The position numbers and the translations under genes are program-made. Under the pieces are notes generated by a model that saw nothing but the letters and a program-made list of their open reading frames with translations, did not search any database and was not told the origin of the DNA. From the NCBI GenBank assembly GCA_977018835.1, contig OZ361258.1, positions 1,798,001 through 1,862,000 on the forward strand: 64,000 nt of DNA. The letters run 5' to 3'. Shown here one piece after another: positions 41,020 to 51,178 of the stretch (its first letter is position 1; every line of letters starts with the position of its first letter). Origin of the DNA: Minutocellus sp. GHC0000111 (lineage: Eukaryota).

Positions 41020-43848
41020 ATGACGACGACCAACCAGACCACGCCCAAAAAATACAAACGCAGCAGAACTTCGTTCTCAGGGAGCAAGAGAGGCAACACC
41101 AAGGCATCCAGGAAGGCGGCAAAGGCGGCAGCTGAGCCGAAAACACCATCGCCGAGCGCAAACACGTCGAAGAAGCGGCCACGGTCAAATTCGCCCGCCA
41201 AACCGTCACCGTCGTCGGCGAAGAAGAGGACGGCCCCTCCTCCTATCCCCATGGCCTTTCTCCTTGCAGCAGATGTCATTCGAAGGGCTGGTAAGGATCT
41301 GTGGTGGAGAGTAACCCCCGATTCCTGCGGCAAAGATGACATTTGTGTTGGTTCTCGGCAGAAATGGGAAGACGTCCTCCCTGCTTTCATCGAGGCCGAC
41401 TTGTTGCGTTCCAAGTCCGTCGGTGGAGGAAAGTATGAGCTACAGTACAACGAGGAAAAATGGAAGGACATGCAGCAACATCTCAAGGAGCATTGTAGTT
41501 TGAAGTTGCACTTGTTGACGTATCGGCCGAGAGGGAAGACAAGACGCAGGGCGCTTTATGTTTGTGCTCACAGGTTGCGTAAAAAGAAGGAGGACAACCA
41601 CCCGAAATTCTCTGGACCGGAGGGACAGAAGGTGCACGAGAAAAGAAATCCCGATGAAGTTCTGTTCTCTGGGCGCTCGACTGTCTTAGCTACTAAGCTA
41701 GGTGAGAGGTTGTCAGCTCACAGAAAGGAGGCACAGTCAGCGCATTGCGAAGCAAGAGCAAAATCACTAGTCGACGAGGCCAAGAAACTGGGTTGGATGC
41801 CAGCAAGTCTCCTCAGCATACTGAAGGGAACTGGTGATACTTCCGCCACTGAAGCAGCTGCAGCCTCCCCCAATGATGAAGGTTTAGGAGGAGCCGATAC
41901 TTCCGTTGTCTGTGCCACCTCCAGTGACATTGATGAACAGGTAAAGGTCGCTCTCGGCCTCGACTTTGTTGTTCGGATGGCCAACGATGACATGCTCCGT
42001 CCTCCTCGTCCCAATGCAACCGTCACCGAACCAATACCAATCAGAAAAGAAAAGCAGGCGAATGAAAGAATGCGGTTCAGCGCCGTGGCTCTCGCGGATT
42101 GGTGGGGATGCGGCGACCCAACTCGCACGCATGAAGACCGGCAACAAATTGCAACTGCCGCGTGTCGGCAAGTTGCGTACGATCACGGTTATGCCAAGTC
42201 AACCGGTGGTTCTCAGCTTTACAAGTGGAGAGACCAGCTCTACAAAAGCCTTGCTGATGGCATCAGCAATCCCATCGGCAGAAAGGAGGTTCGTGGAAGG
42301 AAGGCATGCACGGACATGATCGAGGAGAAGGAGCCAGGATGTCTCCGCGAGCTGCATCGGCATGCTGCTCGGATGAAGGGTGCGATGGCAACCTTTAAGG
42401 AGCTAGCTGACTGTATAAGCGCAAAATCAGCTACTCCAGATGAAGATAGGCTGACAATTAGTCTCCATCGTCTTCAGCTTTTTCGCTGGTGGAAAAAGCA
42501 AGGCGGTAAGGAGAAGTCGTCGATCGAGAAGCCGAGGCTCACCCCCGAACATTGTAGGAAGCGACTTGATTGGATCGAAAAGTGGGAGGACATTACGACC
42601 GATCCCAACATTCCTGTAGCGCATCTTGATGAAAAGTGGTTTTACACTGCTACTCGGCGACGAAAGATCAAGATGTTGCCACTTTCTGACGAAGAACTAA
42701 GCAGTCCGAACCTCGCGTCTATCCATGCTTCCGAGGCAAGCCCGAAAATTCGATCCAGAAGATACCCTGTCAAAGTTATGTATCTTGGAGTTGTTGGCCG
42801 ACCAATGAAGGATGAAACCAAAGACGTTGATTTCAATGGGCGCATCATGATCAAGAGAGTCGCCAGGGAGCAGAAGGTGGAAAAGCTTACGCGTAATCAG
42901 AATTTCTCTCCAGATGCTGAGGTCAACGATGCGCTAAAAAATGACAAAGATTGGCGCGACATTTACGACGAGAATGCTGACATGACCGCCGGCCATCTTT
43001 GCGACCACATTGCCGAAATCTACGGCCTTTCTGAGTTTGTTACAGAGCGATTGGAACTTCAATACGAGGACTATAAATCCGACGGTCAGGCAAAAAGTCG
43101 CAAGCATGCCGCTGTTGGCTACAATCAAAAGATCTCGAGTCTCAAGCGACACACTCCTGATAGCAATGGAGAGAAGGTGAAGGTTGAGATCGACGACCTT
43201 GAGCTCGGGGTGCGGTATCAACGGGGCGATAAGGTTACCAAGGACTGTAGCTGCGACTCCAAATGGATGTTGGAGACTATGAATGAGGTCGGGAAGGCGA
43301 TTCGAGACGCACATCATTGGGTGAAGTGGGATCCACAAAATATTCAGGAGTCTGATGTTATATATCTTATGATGGACAATGCCGGCGGTCATGGGTCCAA
43401 TGAAGCAGTTGAGAAGTACACCGAGGACCTCAAAAACAAATATAAGATTGAGATAATGCAGCAGGTTCCTCGGTCGCCCGAGACAAATGTTCTTGATCTC
43501 GGCATCTGGATGTCTTTGCAGTCGGCCGTCGAAAAGGAGCATCGCGGTCAGAAGAATGATGCGAATGCTCTTGACAAGACTGTGATGAAAGTATGGGCCA
43601 ATGTCGCATCAAAAGAGGCCTTTCTCAATGTATTTGGAAAACTTCCAGTGATATATAACAACATCAAGAGAAGTCGTGGCGGTAACAATCTTGTGGAGAC
43701 CAGACGGGGAAAGGCTGGTCTCGCAAAAATTGCCGAGGAAGAAGCTGAAGAGGATGGTGAACCACTCTGGCCAATTGATGCTCCCGGCGAAGATGATGAC
43801 ATTGAGGACGACATAGATGAAAATGATGAAGACGATGGAAGTCATTGA
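41020..43848 (+). CDS. DD39D mariner-like transposase, 942 aa
   Basis: HLDEKWFY, KVMYLGVVGRP, MMDNAGGH, QVPRSPETNVLDLGIW, with 39 residues between the second and third D; uninterrupted ORF. Confidence 0.93.
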   Translation: MTTTNQTTPKKYKRSRTSFSGSKRGNTKASRKAAKAAAEPKTPSPSANTSKKRPRSNSPAKPSPSSAKKRTAPPPIPMAFLLAADVIRRAGKDLWWRVTPDSCGKDDICVGSRQKWEDVLPAFIEADLLRSKSVGGGKYELQYNEEKWKDMQQHLKEHCSLKLHLLTYRPRGKTRRRALYVCAHRLRKKKEDNHPKFSGPEGQKVHEKRNPDEVLFSGRSTVLATKLGERLSAHRKEAQSAHCEARAKSLVDEAKKLGWMPASLLSILKGTGDTSATEAAAASPNDEGLGGADTSVVCATSSDIDEQVKVALGLDFVVRMANDDMLRPPRPNATVTEPIPIRKEKQANERMRFSAVALADWWGCGDPTRTHEDRQQIATAACRQVAYDHGYAKSTGGSQLYKWRDQLYKSLADGISNPIGRKEVRGRKACTDMIEEKEPGCLRELHRHAARMKGAMATFKELADCISAKSATPDEDRLTISLHRLQLFRWWKKQGGKEKSSIEKPRLTPEHCRKRLDWIEKWEDITTDPNIPVAHLDEKWFYTATRRRKIKMLPLSDEELSSPNLASIHASEASPKIRSRRYPVKVMYLGVVGRPMKDETKDVDFNGRIMIKRVAREQKVEKLTRNQNFSPDAEVNDALKNDKDWRDIYDENADMTAGHLCDHIAEIYGLSEFVTERLELQYEDYKSDGQAKSRKHAAVGYNQKISSLKRHTPDSNGEKVKVEIDDLELGVRYQRGDKVTKDCSCDSKWMLETMNEVGKAIRDAHHWVKWDPQNIQESDVIYLMMDNAGGHGSNEAVEKYTEDLKNKYKIEIMQQVPRSPETNVLDLGIWMSLQSAVEKEHRGQKNDANALDKTVMKVWANVASKEAFLNVFGKLPVIYNNIKRSRGGNNLVETRRGKAGLAKIAEEEAEEDGEPLWPIDAPGEDDDIEDDIDENDEDDGSH

Positions 43849-44228
43849 TTTGCTATAACTTATCATAGCATGTCCATTTCTATTCATTACATTTTGATTT
43901 GGTGCTTCCAAAAATGTATTTTTTCCCGGGGTGAGGAATGCAAATGTCGAAAAAAATCATCACATAATGTACATTTATTGGTTCTGGTGCACAATATCTC
44001 TCGACTATATGTAGAAGTTGGTGACCATAACTTGGTTCTTGCCCCGACTTCCATCTTGGCCGTCATTTATTCCTCGGAGTTAGAAAAAGTGAGCTTGGAT
44101 TTTTGGTCTGGTGTGGTCGTGTTTCTAATACGTCATCATCACGTCACTTTCAAATCCTCTGAACTCGAAAGGTACATGCTCTTGCATTGTTCCCCATGTC
44201 GATTCAGACGGCGACAATGCATCTGATG

Positions 44229-46958
44229 TTACGGAGGATGCCGCACTTACTGACAAATATGACATCAACAGCACCCCACAGAAGGGAGATTCTGGTACGT
44301 GACATTCTTCAGGTGCTCCTTCCCGAACGATCCAACCTTTTCTCATAAGGAAAATTTACTGCTTTTCACTCACCTTTGTCATTCTTTCTCTCTCGTCCTC
44401 CTACGTACGTGTAGATGGCGACGGTCTCAACGATACCATCGAAAAGGCTCTCAAGCTTGACCCCTACAGCCCAGATTCGGATGGAGACGGGTAAGTACCA
44501 GGTCGTACCCTGCGAAAGGTATTAAATTCTTAGCATTTCCTTCTACGTAGGAGTGCGAGAATGAATTCTCATACTCAATATCACAACTCCTGTTCCTATC
44601 TTTTTTTTCCCTTTGTACTTTACAGATTCAGCGACAAGGAAGAGATGGTCGCCGGCTCCAACCCGAAGGATCCCAACGATGTTCCTCCCAACGGTGTGCT
44701 CGGTGACAACGGTAAGAGTGCGGCCGTCACTGCTGCACTTCTCCTTGATAGCGACGGCGACGGCATTGTCGATGCCATTGAGAAGGAGGATGGTACCGAT
44801 AGGTTCAATCCTGACTCCGACGGCGACGGAGCGTCTGACGCGGATGAGAAGATGGCGGGTACGGATCCGCTTGAACCCAAGGATACCCCGGTATTCGAGG
44901 ATGCCATTGATAGTGTCGTCAAAGCCGGCAAAGATATCGGCGAGACCAGTGATGCCGACCCCAACGAAATGGTGCCTTCACAAACTCCCGGTGCGGCAAA
45001 TGATAGTGTTGAAGACAACAGTGACGCCGATTCAACAGAATCCCTTGGTAACGATTCACCAGGCGATGAAGATACCAATGGTAAAATCGGTGAAAAGTCA
45101 GGTGGTATTGACGCGAATCTTGTAGATCAAGAGAGTTCCGGGGCCGATGACGGTAAGGAAGGTGTCGGTGAGCCAACTGAAAGTGGTGCTGAGCCCAATT
45201 CCAGTAGTACCACTACTGACAAGGGCGTTTACGTTGGGTCTCATGAAGACTGGGACAACGATGGGGCACCGGATCTTACTGAAGATGCCGCACTTACTGA
45301 CAAATATGACATCAACAGCACCCCACAGAAGGGAGATTCCGGTACGTAATGTCAAACCGGATATATTTATTTATGCATTTTGATAATCGAAAATCATCTG
45401 AGATCTCATCATCAAATTGTATCCATCTCTCTCTCTCTCTCTCTCTCTCGTCTTCCTACGTGCGTGTAGATGGCGACGGTCTCAACGATACCATCGAAAA
45501 GGCTCTCAAGCTTGACCCCTACAGCCCAGATTCGGATGGAGACGGGTAAGTTTAATCTTAATTAAGCATCAAAGCTTCAGCTCAAATCTGTTTCTGCATA
45601 GGATTTGCGTTCTCATACTCAACATTTTCTCTACACCGTCCCTTCGCCCTTTACAGATTCAGCGACAAGGAAGAGATGGTCGCCGGCTCCAACCCGAAGG
45701 ATCCCAACGATGTTCCTCCCAACGGTGTGCTCGGTGACAACGGTAAGAGTGCGGCCGTCACTGCTGCACTTCTCCTTGATAGCGACGGCGACGGCATTGT
45801 CGATGCCATTGAGAAGGAGGATGGTACCGATAGGTTCAATCCTGACTCCGACGGCGACGGAGCGTCTGACGCGGATGAGAAGATGGCGGGTACGGATCCG
45901 CTTGATCCCAAGGATACCCCGGTATTCGAGGATGCCATTGATAGTGTCGTCAAAGCCGGCAAAGATATCGGCGAGACCAGTGATGCCGACCCCAACGAAA
46001 AGGTGCCTTCACAAACTCCCGGTGCGGCAAATGATAGTGTTGAAGACAACAGTGACGCCGATTCAACAGAATCCCTTGGTAACGATTCACCAGGCGATGA
46101 AGATACCAATGGTAAAATCGGTGAAAAGTCAGGTGGTATTGACGCGAATCTTGTAGATCAAGAGAGTTCCGGGGCCGATGACGGTAAGGAAGGTGTCGGT
46201 GAGCCAACTGAAAGTGGTGCTGAGCCCAATTCCAGTAGTACCACTACTGACAAGGGCGTTTACGTTGGGTCTCATGAAGACTGGGACAACGATGGGGCAC
46301 CGGATCTTACTGAAGATGCCGCACTTACTGACAAATATGACATCAACAGCACCCCACAGAAGGGAGATTCCGGTACGTAATGTCAAACCGGATATATTTA
46401 TTTATGCATTTTGATAATCGAAAATCATCTGAGATCTCATCATCAAATTGTATCCATCTCTCTCTCTCTCGTCTTCCTACGTACGTGTAGATGGCGACGG
46501 TCTCAACGATACCATCGAAAAGGCTCTCAAGCTTGACCCCTACAGCCCAGATTCGGATGGAGACGGGTAAGTTTAATCTTAATTAAGCATCAAAGCTTCA
46601 GCTCAAATCTGTTTCTGCATAGGATTTGCGTTCTCATACTCAACATTTTCTCTACACCGTCCCTTCGCCCTTTACAGATTCAGCGACAAGGAAGAGATGG
46701 TCGCCGGCTCCAACCCGAAGGATCCCAACGATGTTCCTCCCAACGGTGTGCTCGGTGACAACGGTAAGAGTGCGGCCGTCACTGCTGCACTTCTCCTTGA
46801 TAGCGACGGCGACGGCATTGTCGATGCCATTGAGAAGGAGGATGGTACCGATAGGTTCAATCCTGACTCCGACGGCGACGGAGCGTCTGACGCGGATGAG
46901 AAGATGGCGGGTACGGATCCGCTTGATCCCAAGGATACCCCGGTATTCAAGGATGCCA
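44229..46958 (+). repeat. Tandem exon-intron duplication, about 2.6 units of about 1.02-1.06 kb
   Basis: Exon starts at 44626, 45657 and 46678 (periods 1031 and 1021; the 10-bp difference is a CT microsatellite). Confidence 0.95.
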
Positions 46959-47769
46959 ATGGTAATGGCAAGAGCGATGCGCTAGAAGCCGCCCTGGCAA
47001 AAGACAGTGATGGAGACCATGTCGTCGACTCCGTCGAAGAGTATTTAGGGCTCAACCCCTCTACATCAGATAGCGATCTCGATGGTAAGTTTCGTTTCAT
47101 GTGATAGCATCTCGTTTCGTTCATTATTCAATGCAACTCTGGCAAACCCATCCCTCGGCAGACCTACTGATGTCTCATCATGTCAATTGCAAATCTCCCA
47201 TAAATGTATTTCTTTTAGGCGTGTCTGATGCCGAAGAAATGGCAGCTGGTACTGACGGAAACAACCCAATCAACACACCCTTACAATCGGATGAAACGAA
47301 AGAATTCGGTCCAGTCGCCGATCCTCCGGAGACCGATAGCGACGGTAATGACGAAACCTTCGAGATCAAAGACGCTCATGCAGAAGATGAAAATGCCGAA
47401 GACAAGAAGAACGGCGAGAAGAATGACGAGAAAGAGAATAAGAAGGAACAAAAGGATATGTCAGATAAAACAGCCTCTGTTGGACAAGATGGCGAATTAG
47501 GAGGCGATGATACTGGTCTCTCAACAAACGATAGTGCCAACGACAAGAAGAATAATGACTCCGATGGCACCGTCACCGATGGCCAAGATGCCGAGGCAGA
47601 CGACGGTGAAACCAATGCCAATCCAAGTGGAAACACCAAGGAGAAGGAGAACGATGACCCCGCCTCCGATGGGGCCGCCTCCGATGGCCAGTATGGTAAG
47701 GAAAATACCGAGGACAAGAAGAATGATGGCTCAGATGGCACCATCGCCGATGGCCAACATGCCGAGGGC

Positions 47770-49250
47770 ACGAAGAACGACGACTCCGGTGCTGATGCTG
47801 CCGTCACCACCGATGGCCAAGACGGTAAGGCAAATACCAAGGATAAGAAGAAAGACGACTCCGGTGCTGATGCCGCCGATGCTGATGCTGCTGTCACCAC
47901 CGATGGCCAAGATCCGAGTACTAAGGCGGGAGACGATGAAACCGATGGCCAAGACAGTAAGGCAAATACCAAGGATAAGAAGAAAGACGACTCCGGTGCT
48001 GATGCCGATGCCGATGCCGATGCCGATGCCGCCGTCACCACCGATGGCCAGTATCCGAGTACTAAGGCGGGAGACGATGAAACCGATGGCCAAGACGGTA
48101 AGGCAAATACCAAGGATAAGAAGAAAGACGACTCCGGTGCTGATGCCGATGCCGATGCCGATGCCGCCGTCACCACCGATGGCCAGTATCCGAGTACTAA
48201 GGCGGGAGACGATGAAACCGATGGCCAAGACGGTAAGGCAAATACCAAGGATAAGAAGAACGACGACTCCGGTACTGATGCCGATGCCGCCGTTACCACC
48301 GATGGCCAAGATCCGAGTACTAAGGCGGGAGATGATGAAACCGATGGCCAAGACGGTGAGGCAAATACCAAGGATAAGAAGAACGACGACTCCGGTACTG
48401 ATGCCGATGCCGATGCCGATGCCGCCGTTACCACCGATGGCCAAGATCCGAGTACTAAGGCGGGAGACGATGAAACCGATGGCCGAGACGGCAAGGCAAA
48501 TACCAAAGACAAGAAGTACGATGACTCCGGTGCTAATACTGCCGATGGTGCCGTCACCACCGATGGCCAGTATCCGAGTACTAAGGCGGGAGACGATGAA
48601 ACCAATGGCAAAGACGGTAAGGCAAATACCAAGGATAAGAAAAACGGTGACTCCGGTACTGATGCCGATGCCGATGCCGATGCCGCCGTCACCACCGATG
48701 GCCAGTATCCGAGTACTAAGGCGGGAGATGATGAAATCGATGGCCAAGACGGTGAGGCAATTACCAAGGATAAGAAGAAAGACGACTCCAGTGCCGATGC
48801 CGATGCCGATGGTGCCGTTACCACCGATGGCCAAGATCCGAGTACTAAGGCGGGAGACGATGAAACCGATGGCCGAGACGGCAAGGCAAATACCAAGGAC
48901 AAGAAGTACGATGACTCCGGTGCTAATGCCGCCGATGCTGATGCTGCTGTCACCACCGATGGCCAAGATGGTGAGGCAAAACCAAGGACAAGAAGAACGA
49001 TGACTCCGGTGCTAATACTGCCGATGGTGCCGTCACCACCGATGGCCAAGATCCGAGTACTAAGACGGGAGACGATGAAACCGATGGCCGAGACGGTGAG
49101 GCAAATACCAAGGACAAGAAGAACGACGACTCCGGTGCTAATACCGCCGATGGTGCCGTCACCACCGATGGCCAAGACGGTAAGGCAAACATCAAGGACA
49201 AGAAGAACGACGCATCTGATGCCGCCGTCACCACCGATGGCCAAGACAGT
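47770..49250 (+). repeat. Coding minisatellite, about 114-132-bp units with a variable (GATGCC)n tract
   Basis: Unit approx. KANTKDKKxDDSG(AD)nAAVTTDGQ(D/Y)PSTKAGDDETDGQDG, about 10 full copies plus partial copies. Confidence 0.95.
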
Positions 49251-51178
49251 GAGTTAGAAGGCGATGATGCTGGTCTCTCAGCAAATGATAATGTCAGCGA
49301 CAAGAAGAACGACGACTCCGATGCCGTCGCAGCCTCTTATGGCCAAGATGCTGCATCAAGCGGAAACATCAAGGACAAGAAGAACAACGACTCGGTTGCC
49401 GACGCGGCGTCTGTGGCCAAGACGGCGAGGCAACGGCCAAGGACAAGAAGAATAATGACTCCGATGCCGCCGCCACCACCGATGGTCAAGAAGCCAACGA
49501 TGTTCCAGATAATAGTGACGCATCTGATCCGTTCGATGGAGATGGTTTGGAGAATGAGAAGCAGAAGGATGGAAGCCCCAATGCCGCTAATGGCAATGAC
49601 GATGGGCAAAATCCCCTCGCTGATGATGTCGAGGCTTCTTCTAGTGGAAACGGTAAGGAAAATATCCCTGACCAAAGTAATACTGCAACTGCCACTACCA
49701 AGGACGATCAGGAAGGAAGAGGAAGCGACAGTGACAATTTTGACACCCCAGCCATAGCCATCGAAGACTCAGAAGTGGAGAATGTCTCTATCTACACAAA
49801 GCTCAAGGAAACATCTGGAGACTCGATTGAAGTGTATGGTTCGCCGCAATACACAGCCGCTCGGTGGATCCTCAGCTCTGATCCTTCACCGGAAGGCACA
49901 AGGTCCGCCGATGACCCGCGTCTTTTGCAGCGATACACATTGGCAGCGTTCTATTTTGCAACAAACAACCAGGGCTCTTGGGCTCAATGCTATCAAGGAC
50001 ATGACGACGGATGCAAACTCGATGGCAAACCATTCCTCAGTGGAGCTGATGAGTGTGAGTGGAGTGGCATCACTTGTGATGAGCGCACTCGTATGGTGAC
50101 GGCGATTGATCTTTCCAACTACAAGCTCAAGGGTCATCTCATCAACGAACTTGGAACCCTGACTTCGCTGAACCTTCTGGATGTTAGCCTGAACGAGCTA
50201 ACGGGCTCAATCCCCGAGTCTCTCGCCAACACAGAGATGGTCGAGCTCATTGTTAGTGCTAACAAGTTGGTTGGTCCATTTCCCTCAAGTCTTTATGGAA
50301 TGGAATCGCTTGAGCATATTTGCATCGATCGAAATAAATTCGCTGAAATGCCAGACTGGGCAAGCATGCCGAACCTAAAGTATATCTATGCATTCGAGAA
50401 TGAAATCGAGGGGCAGCTTGATTCTGCCATCGGTGACCTGAAAAAACTCGAGGTAATTGATGTTCACGACAACAGAATCTCGGGTGGGATACCAAAGAAA
50501 TGGAAAAATCTGAAGAACTTGCTCAAGCTCAAAGTCAATAGCAATATGCTGAGCGAAGAAGTCCCTGATGAAATATTCGGACTTCCTCGTCTCACGGAAT
50601 TGTGGTTGGCCTCAAACAATTTTATTGGTGACATTCCAAGTACCATTGGCGAGTTTGGATCCGCCTGGTCTAGTGCCGGAGTCGTTCGGGGCAAATACAT
50701 CCGACTTGAAAACAACAGCTTCACAGGCAATGTCCCAAGAGAGATTGCGAACATTAAGAACCTCTACTTCATCTCTCTGGAAGCGAACACTTTCTCTGGT
50801 GACATGCCCGAGGAAGTTTGTGCCATTCCAACAGTTACCTCAAGCATCAACGGTTACGGCCTCTTCAAAATTACTTCGACTTGTTCCCAGGTTGACTGCT
50901 CTTGCTTGGATGTTTGTCAGTGTATCGAGGAATAGCTTCTACATACCGTTTGTCCGTGACCCTCGCCTATTCTCCCTCCCCGAAAGAAAAAAATACCTAT
51001 CTATGTTTAGCAACAATGCAAGAATATAAGCATTCTCATGTATTACTAGTATGTGTATCATAACGAAAATAATAATGAAGTAACAATATTATCACCACAA
51101 GACCTCCTGATACCCTGACCTGTATGTCGCTGCTCATATTTGATCATTCATTTATTTGCGATACCCTCCTACATTCAT

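Larger units (their letters stand above)
40734..44172 (+). mobile_element. Tc1/mariner-superfamily DD39D DNA transposon, 3439 bp, apparently full length, inserted in a coding exon
   Basis: 22-bp TIRs CCTTTCG(GT/AG)TTCAGAGGATTTG; TA at 40732-33 and 44173-74; removal restores the host frame (VDCRCTVTCSCIVPHVDSDGD). Confidence 0.95.
38376..50935 (+). pseudogene. Giant type II membrane protein: TM - LRR domain - DxDxDG (TSP3-like Ca-binding) repeats - acidic repeats - second LRR domain; disrupted
   Basis: Exons 38376-40733 + 44175-44294, 44415-44490, 44626-45341, 45470-45545, 45657-46372, 46491-46566, 46678-47084 and 47219-50935, all GT..AG and phase-compatible. Both LRR blocks are preceded by PQxxAxxW / QRYxL / ECxWxGxxC caps. 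Interrupted by a transposon and 1-bp deletions near 39837, 48980 and 49414. Confidence 0.85.

Noticed and set aside
10680..44172. Fanzor/TnpB-type RNA-guided nuclease carried by the mariner elements
   Set aside because: No RuvC or zinc-ribbon motif set is recognisable in either element; ORF2 at 12783-13232 is too short to assign.
47376..49244. Long antisense and alternative-frame ORFs (622, 498 and 411 aa) over the minisatellite
   Set aside because: By-products of a stop-free repeat unit; only the Asp/Lys-rich frame connects to spliced exons.
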